Assembly: GCA_018065085.1 (NCBI GenBank)
Contig: JAGHUA010000061.1
Coordinates: forward strand, 8,991-72,990
Direction: 5' to 3'
DNA: 64,000 nt
Source of the DNA: Candidatus Liminaster caballi
GTDB taxonomy: Bacteria; Bacteroidota; Bacteroidia; Bacteroidales; UBA3663
Positions 8,594 to 16,503 of the stretch are shown in pieces. The position numbers and the translations under genes are program-made. Position 1 is the stretch's first letter; each line of letters starts with the position of its first letter. The notes beneath the pieces are model-generated. The model saw only the letters and a list, made by a program, of their open reading frames with translations, had not been told where the DNA came from and searched no databases.

Positions 8594-10621
8594 ATGAAAA
8601 AAATCCTTACCGTATTGTTGGCATTGCTTTGTCTGTCGGCTCAGGCAAAGCAGAAACTGACCATCCACACATTCGAACAGGGGCAGGGTACTTTCCTGCT
8701 TGATGGCAAGCCTTTCGTCATCAAGGCCGCCGAATTGCATTACACACGTATTCCTGCCGAATATTGGGAGCATCGCATTCAGATGTGCAAGGCTCTTGGC
8801 ATGAATGCTGTGTGTCTTTATATCTTCTGGAACATCCACGAACCGGAGGAGGGCGTGTATGATTTCAGTGGCAACAACGATGTGAAGAAGTTCATCGGCC
8901 TCTGTCAGAAGAACGGCATGTGGGTCATCGTTCGTCCTGGTCCGTATGTATGTGCAGAGTGGGAGATGGGCGGTCTGCCTTGGTGGCTGCTCAAGTATGA
9001 GAATATGAATCTGCGCAGCCTTGATCCAAACTTCATGCGTGCTGCAGGCCGTTTCGAACATCGTCTTGCCGACGAGATTGCCGAATACCGACTTGAGAAC
9101 GGTGGTAATATCCTCATGGTGCAGGTCGAGAATGAGTTCGGTTCTTACGGCAAGGACAAACCGTATGTCAGTGCAATGCGCGATTCACTCCGTGCCTGCG
9201 GTTGGGACAAGACCCAGCTGTTCCAGTGCGACTGGTCGAGCAACTTCACCGACAATGCGCTCGATGATCTGCTTTGGACAATGAACTTCGGCACCGGTGC
9301 TAAAATCGAGAAGGAGTTCCGCAAGGTTGGCGAGATGCGTCCTGATGCTCCAAAGATGTGTTCTGAGTTCTGGTCGGGATGGTTCGATGGCTGGGGAACA
9401 GCTCATCAGACACGTCCATGGGAACCGATGGTAAACGGCATCAAGGATATGCTCGACAGCAACATCTCGTTCTCGCTCTATATGACTCACGGTGGTACAT
9501 CATTCGGACAGTGGGCTGGTTCCAACAACACCGGCTTTGCACCTGACTGCACCAGCTATGACTATGATGCTCCGATCAACGAACAGGGCAGCACCACCGA
9601 GAAATACTTCAAGCTCCGCGAGCTCTTGCAGAAATATTCCGATGTCAAGCTTCCTGCCATTCCTAAGGCAAAGCCAATCGTTGCCATCAACGAATTCGAA
9701 CTGACCGAGTTTGCTCCTCTCTTCGCAAGCGAGAATCTCCCTAAGGCTGTTACTTCGCACGATATTCATCCAATGGAATACTACAACCAGGGCTGGGGTT
9801 CGATGATCTACAGCTGCCAGTTGCCAGTCACACAGAACGAAGGTCTTCTGACCATCAAGGATATGTGCGACTACGCCATCGTCTTCATCGACGGCAAGCT
9901 CATCGGTCGTCTCTATCGTGGCAATGGTTTCGAGAATACCCTGCGTGTTCCTGCTTGTCCAAATGGCGGACGCTTAGAGATCTTCATTGAGGCAATGGGC
10001 CGTATCAACTACAGCCGCCTTATCAATGATCCTAAGGGCATCACCGAGAGCGTTGAACTCTCCACAACCCAGCCTGGCGCAGAGGTTCTTTACAACCTCA
10101 AGGACTGGAATGTTCAGCTCCTGCCTGTGTCATACGACTTTGTCAAGGGCATGAACTATAAGACTCTTGCCGAGCAGGGACTTGATCGCGATATGCTTGT
10201 TTCGCCATCTCCTGTCCGCATGCCGGTTCAGACCACATTGCGCGAACGTGCCGGCTACTACAAGGCATCGTTCAATGTCAAGAAGGTTGGTGATACCTAT
10301 CTCGACATGAGTCAGTGGAGCAAGGGCTTTGTATGGATCAATGGCAAGTGCCTTGGCCGATTCTGGAACGTCGGTCCGCAGCAGACCCTCTATGTGCCTG
10401 GCTGCTGGCTTAAGAAGGGCGTCAATGAGATTATCATCATGGACATCTGCGGTCCTCAGCGAGCCACGGTTGCCGGTCTCACCGAACCAAACATCTCTGA
10501 CCTTCACCGCGAAAATCTCCCAACAGACGCTGTCAAGGGAGTTACCGCCGGTCGCAAGCCAAAGAAAACTCTCGACCCTAATGCAACCGTAGGCAATGAT
10601 GCCGCACCTGGAGCTAAGTAA
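8594..10621 (+). CDS. Beta-galactosidase, glycoside hydrolase family 35
   Basis: 675 aa with a signal peptide. GH35 signatures GPYVCAEWEMGGLPWWL and MVQVENEFGSYG. Confidence 0.9.
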   Translation: MKKILTVLLALLCLSAQAKQKLTIHTFEQGQGTFLLDGKPFVIKAAELHYTRIPAEYWEHRIQMCKALGMNAVCLYIFWNIHEPEEGVYDFSGNNDVKKFIGLCQKNGMWVIVRPGPYVCAEWEMGGLPWWLLKYENMNLRSLDPNFMRAAGRFEHRLADEIAEYRLENGGNILMVQVENEFGSYGKDKPYVSAMRDSLRACGWDKTQLFQCDWSSNFTDNALDDLLWTMNFGTGAKIEKEFRKVGEMRPDAPKMCSEFWSGWFDGWGTAHQTRPWEPMVNGIKDMLDSNISFSLYMTHGGTSFGQWAGSNNTGFAPDCTSYDYDAPINEQGSTTEKYFKLRELLQKYSDVKLPAIPKAKPIVAINEFELTEFAPLFASENLPKAVTSHDIHPMEYYNQGWGSMIYSCQLPVTQNEGLLTIKDMCDYAIVFIDGKLIGRLYRGNGFENTLRVPACPNGGRLEIFIEAMGRINYSRLINDPKGITESVELSTTQPGAEVLYNLKDWNVQLLPVSYDFVKGMNYKTLAEQGLDRDMLVSPSPVRMPVQTTLRERAGYYKASFNVKKVGDTYLDMSQWSKGFVWINGKCLGRFWNVGPQQTLYVPGCWLKKGVNEIIIMDICGPQRATVAGLTEPNISDLHRENLPTDAVKGVTAGRKPKKTLDPNATVGNDAAPGAK

Positions 10622-10628
10622 ACACATC

Positions 10629-13100
10629 ATGATGAAACATACACTCATCCTTGGGCTGATGGCAATGCCTTTGCTTGCCATCGGCCAGAATGAAAATCTT
10701 GTTCTCCGTTACGATCGTCCTGCCACATTCTTTGAGGAAAGCCTCGTCATTGGCAATGGCACGCTTGGTGCTGCTGTCTATGGCGGAGTGGATGAGGACA
10801 AGATCTCGCTCAACGATCTTACTCTTTGGACAGGCGAGCCGTCGGCCGATAATGTATATTCGCCAGAGGCATGGCGTCACCTCGACCATGTGCGTCAGCT
10901 TCTCGACAATGAGGACTATGCCCACGTCGATGAGGCATACAAAGCCGTTGAGGGCGAATATTCACAGAACTATCAGCCATTAGGCACATTGTCGTTCACC
11001 GCTTTTGGCAATACAGCTTCTGGCATGGCAGACTATCATCGCAGTCTGTCTCTGTCCGATGCCACGGCGCGCGTAGTTTTTGGCAATTACGAACGCCAGT
11101 ATTTCGCATCTGCTCCAGACAGCGTCATCGTCATCCACATCAAGGCAAAGAATGGCGCCAGCATCAACGAGAAGATCGGTTTCCACAGTCTTCTTCCATA
11201 TCGCAGCCAGAGCTATCTGCTCGATGGCGGCAAAAAGTCGAAGAACTGGGAACGAACCATCGCACAGGGCGATAAGTCTCACACATCGGCAGATATGGTC
11301 ATCGATGGCTATACCGCCTATGCCTCGTCGCCAAACTACACCGGCACCATCGACTGGAAGGACAACAGCACTCGTGGCATACATTTCCGCACCATTGTCC
11401 GCGCTATTGCCCTTGACGGCGGATCTGTCAGGAACACCTACAGCGACATGCTTGAGGTGCGCGACTGTAAAGAACTGCTCGTGCTCGTCAGCAATGTGAC
11501 AAGCTATAATGGACGATACAACGATCCTGTCAAGGCAGGCCGTGACTATAAGAACGATGTTCAGGCACGCATCGATGCAGCCTCACAGAAGACTGTGGCG
11601 CAGCTCCATGCTGCCCATAAGGCTGATTTCGCTCAATACTTCAACCGTCTGACCATCGATCTCGGTCAGACTGCAGCCGATATTGCCGCCAAGCCTACTG
11701 ACGTCCAGTTGCGCGAGTATGGCGAACTCAATCAGTCCAATCCTGACCTTGAGGAACTCTATTTCCAGTTTGGCCGTTACCTGCTGATCTCTTGTTCGCG
11801 CACTCATGGTGTTCCTGCCAACCTGCAGGGTCTGTGGAACGAGCAGATTCTGCCGCCATGGAGCTGCAACTACACATCGAACATCAACCTTGAGGAAAAT
11901 TACTGGCCTGCCGAGGTTGCAAACCTCAGTGAGATGCATCAGCCAATGCTCGATTTCGTCAAGAGCCTTCCTCGTTCGGGCGAGATTACTGCCCGTCATT
12001 ATTATAACGTGCAGAAAGGATGGTGTCTCGGTCACAACACCGACATCTGGGGTCTGACCAATCCTGTAGGCCGTTCGGAAGGCGATCCGAGTTGGGCTGC
12101 ATGGAATATGGGTGGCGCATGGGTTGCTACACATCTTTGGGAACACTATACATTCACCCTCGACAAGGCTTTCCTCTCGTCGGCATATCCAGTGTTGAAG
12201 GGCGCAGCCGATTTCTGCCTCGGATGGATGATCGAGAAGAACGGCTATCTGATGACCTCACCTTGCACATCGCCTGAGAACCGTTATCTCATTCCGGAGA
12301 CAGGCGTCACGGGTGCTACGTTCTATGGCGGTTTTGCTGACATAGCAATGATCAGGGAATGTCTGCTTGACACACGTGCCGCAGCCGTCGAGCTCGGCAT
12401 TGACAAGGCCTATTGCGATACGATCGATGCCACGCTGAAACGCCTCCTGCCTTATCGCATCGGCAAGCGTGGCAACCTTCAGGAGTTCTATCATGACTGG
12501 GAGGGCGAAGATCCCGAGCATCGTCATCAGAGTCATCTGTTTGGTCTTTATCCTGGTCATCACATCACCGTTGCCAATACTCCAAAACTTGCCAAGGCGT
12601 GTGCCAAGACCCTTGAGATAAAGGGTCCGAAGAGCACAGGATGGAGCACGGGCTGGCGCGTCAATCTTCAGGCTCGTCTCCATGATGCAGACAAGGCTTA
12701 CGGCATCTATCGAATGCTTCTCACCTATATTGCTCCCGAAGGAAAGGGTGGAGGCACCTATCCAAATCTTCTCGACTCTCATCAGCCATTCCAGATCGAT
12801 GGCAACTTTGGCGGTTGTGCAGGCGTGATGGAGATGCTTGTCCAGTCGTCATTCGAGAGTGGCAAACCTGCTGTGGTCGAACTTCTGCCTGCCGTTCCTG
12901 CCGTATGGAAGGAAGCCGGTCATATCTCCGGCATCTGTGTTCGCGGCGGCTATGTGCTCGATTTTGCGTGGAAGAATGGCAAGATCACATCTCTAAAGGT
13001 GACTTCGCGCCGCTCTGACACAGGTTCTCTCAAGATCACTTGTGGCAGCAGAAAGTGGTCGGCAAATGTTGCTGCCGGCGAGACAAAGACCATTCTCTGA
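10629..13100 (+). CDS. Glycoside hydrolase family 95 (alpha-L-fucosidase type)
   Basis: The ORF opens at 10596, but a signal-peptide-like start MMKHTLILGLMAMPLLAIGQ lies at 10629. N-terminal LRYDRPA..FEESLVIGNGTLGAAVYGG and a central (alpha/alpha)6-type region are typical of GH95. Confidence 0.85.
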   Translation: MMKHTLILGLMAMPLLAIGQNENLVLRYDRPATFFEESLVIGNGTLGAAVYGGVDEDKISLNDLTLWTGEPSADNVYSPEAWRHLDHVRQLLDNEDYAHVDEAYKAVEGEYSQNYQPLGTLSFTAFGNTASGMADYHRSLSLSDATARVVFGNYERQYFASAPDSVIVIHIKAKNGASINEKIGFHSLLPYRSQSYLLDGGKKSKNWERTIAQGDKSHTSADMVIDGYTAYASSPNYTGTIDWKDNSTRGIHFRTIVRAIALDGGSVRNTYSDMLEVRDCKELLVLVSNVTSYNGRYNDPVKAGRDYKNDVQARIDAASQKTVAQLHAAHKADFAQYFNRLTIDLGQTAADIAAKPTDVQLREYGELNQSNPDLEELYFQFGRYLLISCSRTHGVPANLQGLWNEQILPPWSCNYTSNINLEENYWPAEVANLSEMHQPMLDFVKSLPRSGEITARHYYNVQKGWCLGHNTDIWGLTNPVGRSEGDPSWAAWNMGGAWVATHLWEHYTFTLDKAFLSSAYPVLKGAADFCLGWMIEKNGYLMTSPCTSPENRYLIPETGVTGATFYGGFADIAMIRECLLDTRAAAVELGIDKAYCDTIDATLKRLLPYRIGKRGNLQEFYHDWEGEDPEHRHQSHLFGLYPGHHITVANTPKLAKACAKTLEIKGPKSTGWSTGWRVNLQARLHDADKAYGIYRMLLTYIAPEGKGGGTYPNLLDSHQPFQIDGNFGGCAGVMEMLVQSSFESGKPAVVELLPAVPAVWKEAGHISGICVRGGYVLDFAWKNGKITSLKVTSRRSDTGSLKITCGSRKWSANVAAGETKTIL

Positions 13101-13107
13101 CACGCCG

Positions 13108-14193
13108 ATGAGAATCAGTTATTTCCTCTTACCAATCTTTTATCTTCTGCTTGGAGGGTTCGTGACCACACTGTTGGTCAACCGCATCCTTCAGGCGGAG
13201 GATTTGCTTTGGATATGGATCTATCTGCCGATGCTGCTTGTGACGCTTTTTGTGGCGGTCATGGGCGTAGTCAATGTGTGGATTCATTATCGCACGTGGC
13301 ATGATGACGATCTGCTCGTTCGTCAGATCTACACCATACGCCGTATGGCATGGCTTTATGTGCGTTGCTGGCTGGTCGTTGTGGCTGGTGTAATGCTGGT
13401 TCTCATCTTCTTCTGGATGCAGGATTTCATACCCGCATCGCTCGCTCCGCTTTTCCTCGATTTCAAGATTGCGTTCTATGTCATCAGCATCAGCCTCACG
13501 GTTGCCTCGCTTATGAGCATTGTTCATGGCGAGAATCTTGCCGAGGTCCGTCTGCGACAGAGCCAGAACGAGAACCTTTTGTTGCGCAGCCAGCTCAATC
13601 CGCATTTCCTCTATAATACTTTAAATAATATAGACGCTCTGATATGGATTGACCAGGAGCGCGCATCCTCGTCGGTCAATAATCTCAGCAGCCTGATGCG
13701 CTATTTCACCTACAGCGCCCGTCAGGACACCATGCCGATAGGAGAGGAGGTCGATCATCTCCGTCAGCTTGTCGAGCTCCAGCGTTTGCGTATGCCTGTG
13801 CCCGAGTCGCTCAGTTTTCATGCCGAGATTGACGACCGTGACCTCAGCGTGGCTCCGCTTCTTCTGCTTCCTTTGGTCGAAAACTGCTTCAAGCATTGCG
13901 GAGATCTCAATTCGCCCGATGCCATCAGCATCACGCTGACCCTTCGCGATGGAGTGCTGCGTTTCTCTACGTCCAACAATCTGCCGACCGCGGAATCTGC
14001 TCACAGTAATGCGCCTCATGGAGTAGGACTGACCGTCTTCCAGCGTCGTCTCGAACTGCTCTATCAGGGCCGCTATCATTTCACGGCGTCGCCCGTTGGC
14101 ACACGTTTCCTGACCGACCTTGAAGTGCCGTTATTGACACACCTACCTTCCAAACCGCGCCCACTGAGTGCTGTGGAGGGCAAAAGCAAGTGA
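13108..14193 (+). CDS. Sensor histidine kinase, LytS/YehU type (no cognate LytTR regulator in the window)
   Basis: Multi-TM N-terminus followed by the His_kinase motif LRSQLNPHFLYNTLNNI and an ATPase-like C-terminus. The ATG at 13108 avoids overlap with the GH95 gene. The ORF track opens at 13042. Confidence 0.8.
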   Translation: MRISYFLLPIFYLLLGGFVTTLLVNRILQAEDLLWIWIYLPMLLVTLFVAVMGVVNVWIHYRTWHDDDLLVRQIYTIRRMAWLYVRCWLVVVAGVMLVLIFFWMQDFIPASLAPLFLDFKIAFYVISISLTVASLMSIVHGENLAEVRLRQSQNENLLLRSQLNPHFLYNTLNNIDALIWIDQERASSSVNNLSSLMRYFTYSARQDTMPIGEEVDHLRQLVELQRLRMPVPESLSFHAEIDDRDLSVAPLLLLPLVENCFKHCGDLNSPDAISITLTLRDGVLRFSTSNNLPTAESAHSNAPHGVGLTVFQRRLELLYQGRYHFTASPVGTRFLTDLEVPLLTHLPSKPRPLSAVEGKSK

Positions 14194-14231
14194 TTTGAAC
14201 GCAAAAAAAAGTCGCGTTTATAAAAAGTCAT

Positions 14232-14239
14232 TATATTTG
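14232..14239 (+). promoter_or_regulatory. Bacteroidetes -7 promoter box (TATATTTG)
   Basis: Matches TAnnTTTG about 70 nt upstream of the ATG at 14310. Confidence 0.45.
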
Positions 14240-14309
14240 CTGCATAAATCTCACGATTTTACCAATGATAATATATCGTTAACATTAACCATTTAAAACA
14301 GTTAACCAA

Positions 14310-15797
14310 ATGATTAATCAACCAACAGTGAAGCTTGGTATCGTAGGCGTTAGCCGCGACTGCTTCCCCGTAACTCTTACACAGGCTCGTCTTGCTGCTG
14401 TCATGGCAGAGGTTAAGGCAGCCGGTCTTCCAGAAGTTTATGATTGTCCTGTAACAATCGAGAACGATGTTGACACCTACAAGGCTCTCGATTGGGCTAA
14501 GGAGAATGGCATCAACGCAGTATGTATGTTCCTCGGCAACTTTGGTCCTGAAGGTCCAACCACATTGTTCTGCCAGAAGTTCGGCGGTCCATGCATGGTA
14601 CTCGCAGCCAAGGAGGAAGGCAAGGCTAATCTTGCTTCTGACCGTGGTGACGCTCTTTGCGGTGTGCTCAACTTCTCTTACTCAGTTGGTCTCCGTCGTC
14701 TCAAGGTATATATCCCAGAGTATCCAAACGTAAACCCACAGGAGGCTGTCAAGGAACTCGCTGACTTCCGCAACATCGCTCGCGTTGTTATCGGCGTTCG
14801 CAACCTCAAGGTTATCGGCTTTGGTCCACGTCCATGGGACTTCCTCGCTTGCAACGCACCTATCCAGCCAATGTATGACCTCGGCATCGAGGTTCAGGAG
14901 AACTCTGAGCTCGACCTCAAGAAGGCATTCGACGAGATTCTCGCTAAGCCAGGCAAGGCTGCTGAGGTAGCTGCTGTCGCTAAGGATATGGAGACAGAAC
15001 TCGGTCCTTCGCGCAACACATATCCTGAGATCATCAACAAGATGGCTCAGCTTGAGGTTACCCTCCTCGATTGGTACGAGAACCAGAAGGGTGGCTCTAA
15101 GTATGCTGTATTCGCTAACAAGTGCTGGCCAGCATGGCAGCCAATCTTCGAGTTCGAGCCTTGCTACGTTAACTCACGTCTCACAGGCCGTGGCATTCCT
15201 GTAGCTTGTGAGGTTGACCTCTACGGTGCTCTCTCTGAGTTCATGGCTGAGTGCGCTACTGAGAAGCCTGCAACTCTCCTCGACATCAACAACTCTGTTC
15301 CTGCTGACGTTATCCCAGCCGGTGCAAATCTTGCTGGCGCCGATCTCAAGGATCTCTACATGGGCTTCCACTGCGGTAACACATGCTCACAGTGCATGAA
15401 GGACTGCAAGATCAAGTATCAGCTCATCCAGGCTCGTCTCATGAGCGAGGATATCACCAAGGGTACTCTCGAAGGTCAGATTGCTCCAGGCAAGTCAACA
15501 ATGTTCCGCATCCAGTCTAACTCTGACGCTAAGCTCGTTTCTTACATCGCTCAGGGTGAGTTCCTCGATGTTGCTCCATGCTCATTCGGTGGCATCGGTA
15601 TCCACGCTATCCCAGGCTTCGCACGTTTCTATCGTCACGTCCTCGTTGGCAAGCGTTTCCCTCACCACGGAGCATACGCTTTCGAGCACTGCGGCAAGGT
15701 TCTCTTCGAGGCTCTCAAGATGCTCGGCGTTGAGGATATCAATACTCCACTCCCAGCAGGTCAGCTCTATCCAGGCGAGAACCCATTCGCTATCTGA
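14310..15797 (+). CDS. L-fucose/L-arabinose isomerase family protein (COG2407-like sugar isomerase)
   Basis: 495 aa. KLGIVGVSRDCFP, FLGNFGPEG and ACEVDLYGAL segments resemble FucI-family isomerases. Strong codon bias similar to the PFOR gene. Lies next to the GH95 fucosidase. Confidence 0.6.
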   Translation: MINQPTVKLGIVGVSRDCFPVTLTQARLAAVMAEVKAAGLPEVYDCPVTIENDVDTYKALDWAKENGINAVCMFLGNFGPEGPTTLFCQKFGGPCMVLAAKEEGKANLASDRGDALCGVLNFSYSVGLRRLKVYIPEYPNVNPQEAVKELADFRNIARVVIGVRNLKVIGFGPRPWDFLACNAPIQPMYDLGIEVQENSELDLKKAFDEILAKPGKAAEVAAVAKDMETELGPSRNTYPEIINKMAQLEVTLLDWYENQKGGSKYAVFANKCWPAWQPIFEFEPCYVNSRLTGRGIPVACEVDLYGALSEFMAECATEKPATLLDINNSVPADVIPAGANLAGADLKDLYMGFHCGNTCSQCMKDCKIKYQLIQARLMSEDITKGTLEGQIAPGKSTMFRIQSNSDAKLVSYIAQGEFLDVAPCSFGGIGIHAIPGFARFYRHVLVGKRFPHHGAYAFEHCGKVLFEALKMLGVEDINTPLPAGQLYPGENPFAI

Positions 15798-15827
15798 TCA
15801 GTTTTCTGACAGACTATATACAATTAA

Positions 15828-15855
15828 CCCCGCGCCGCAAGGTGTGGGGTTTTTT
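15828..15855 (+). terminator. Rho-independent terminator
   Basis: Stem CCCCGCGCC, loop GCAA, stem GGTGTGGGG (9 bp including 2 G-U pairs), followed by TTTTTT. Lies 30 nt after the stop codon. Confidence 0.6.
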
Positions 15856-15872
15856 AGTCTATTCAGTATTTC

Positions 15873-16111
15873 CGATTAAATTTACGGATAATTCATAAAA
15901 TTCATGGGTAATTTATGGAAATTCGTGTAAAGAAAGAAAAAAAAATTACGATTAAATTCACGGGTAATTCATGAAAATTCGCGTTAAGAAAGACAGAGAG
16001 TTTTAAACGTAAATGACCGCGAATTAGCCGCGAATTATTTCGTGAATTATGGATTTTGAACACAAATTATCACGAATGAACCATAAATTATTCAAAAAAA
16101 ATTCATGAATT
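15873..16111. repeat. Dyad-symmetric block of phased AATTCRYG-type octamers with 21-bp subrepeats
   Basis: Direct repeats 15873-15937 and 15949-15993. AATTYRYG-type words start at 15890, 15899, 15910, 15920, 15944, 15955, 15966 and 15976. Their reverse complement YRYRAATT starts at 16018, 16029, 16041, 16061, 16071, 16082 and 16104. Confidence 0.7.
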
Positions 16112-16167
16112 TTCGTTTAGCAGCGTAAGCATTAAATATAAATGTAGTCATTTCGTATATCAGTGCA

Positions 16168-16503
16168 GAAAGTTTCATTTGGATTTCCCAAGTCTTCGGA
16201 AATGCCGCAGAAAGTTTCATTTGGATTTCCCGAGTCTTCGGAAGTGCCGCCGAAAGTTTCTTTGGGATTTCCCAACTCTTAGGAAATGCCGCAGAAAGTT
16301 TCTTTAGGATTTCCCGAGTCTTAGGAAATGCCGCCGAAATTTTCATTTGGATTTCCCGAGTCTTAGGAACTGCTGGCGAAAGTTTCATTTGGATTTCCCG
16401 AGTCTTAGGAAATGCTGGCGAAAGTTTCATTTGGATTTCCCAACTCTTAGGAAATGCCGCCGAAAGTTTCTTTGGGATTTCCCAGCTTTCTGGAAACGCT
16501 CTT
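16168..16503. repeat. Tandem array, 8 units of exactly 42 bp (family A)
   Basis: Units start at 16168, 16210, 16252, 16294, 16336, 16378, 16420 and 16462. Consensus GAAAGTTTCATTTGGATTTCCCRAGTCTTMGGAAATGCCGCM. No spacers and no indels. Confidence 0.95.

Noticed and set aside
10596-10628. N-terminal extensions proposed by the ORF track. Examples: GH95 from 10596, the kinase from 13042, ddl from 41985, porK from 52497, the ATPase from 18098 and GH2 from 27496.
   Set aside because: In each case an internal Met begins a canonical signal peptide or conserved N-terminus. It also removes overlap with the upstream gene or with a promoter box. The longer forms start at TTG or other weak codons.
16092-16430. 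112-aa minus-strand ORF made of 14-aa repeats (MKLSAAFPKTREIQ...). Related plus-strand frames through the 42-bp array are also open.
   Set aside because: The ORF is a by-product of a 42-bp (14-codon) repeat. Several frames are open at once. Differences between units are frequently non-synonymous in this frame (W/R, T/S, QM/PK). It has no signal peptide, promoter box or plausible domain. I treat it as non-coding repeat DNA.
16168-16503. CRISPR array interpretation of the 42-bp arrays (also 34761-35121 and 63909-64000).
   Set aside because: The units are directly abutting with no unique spacers. All variation is point substitution within the unit. No cas genes or leader are present in the window.
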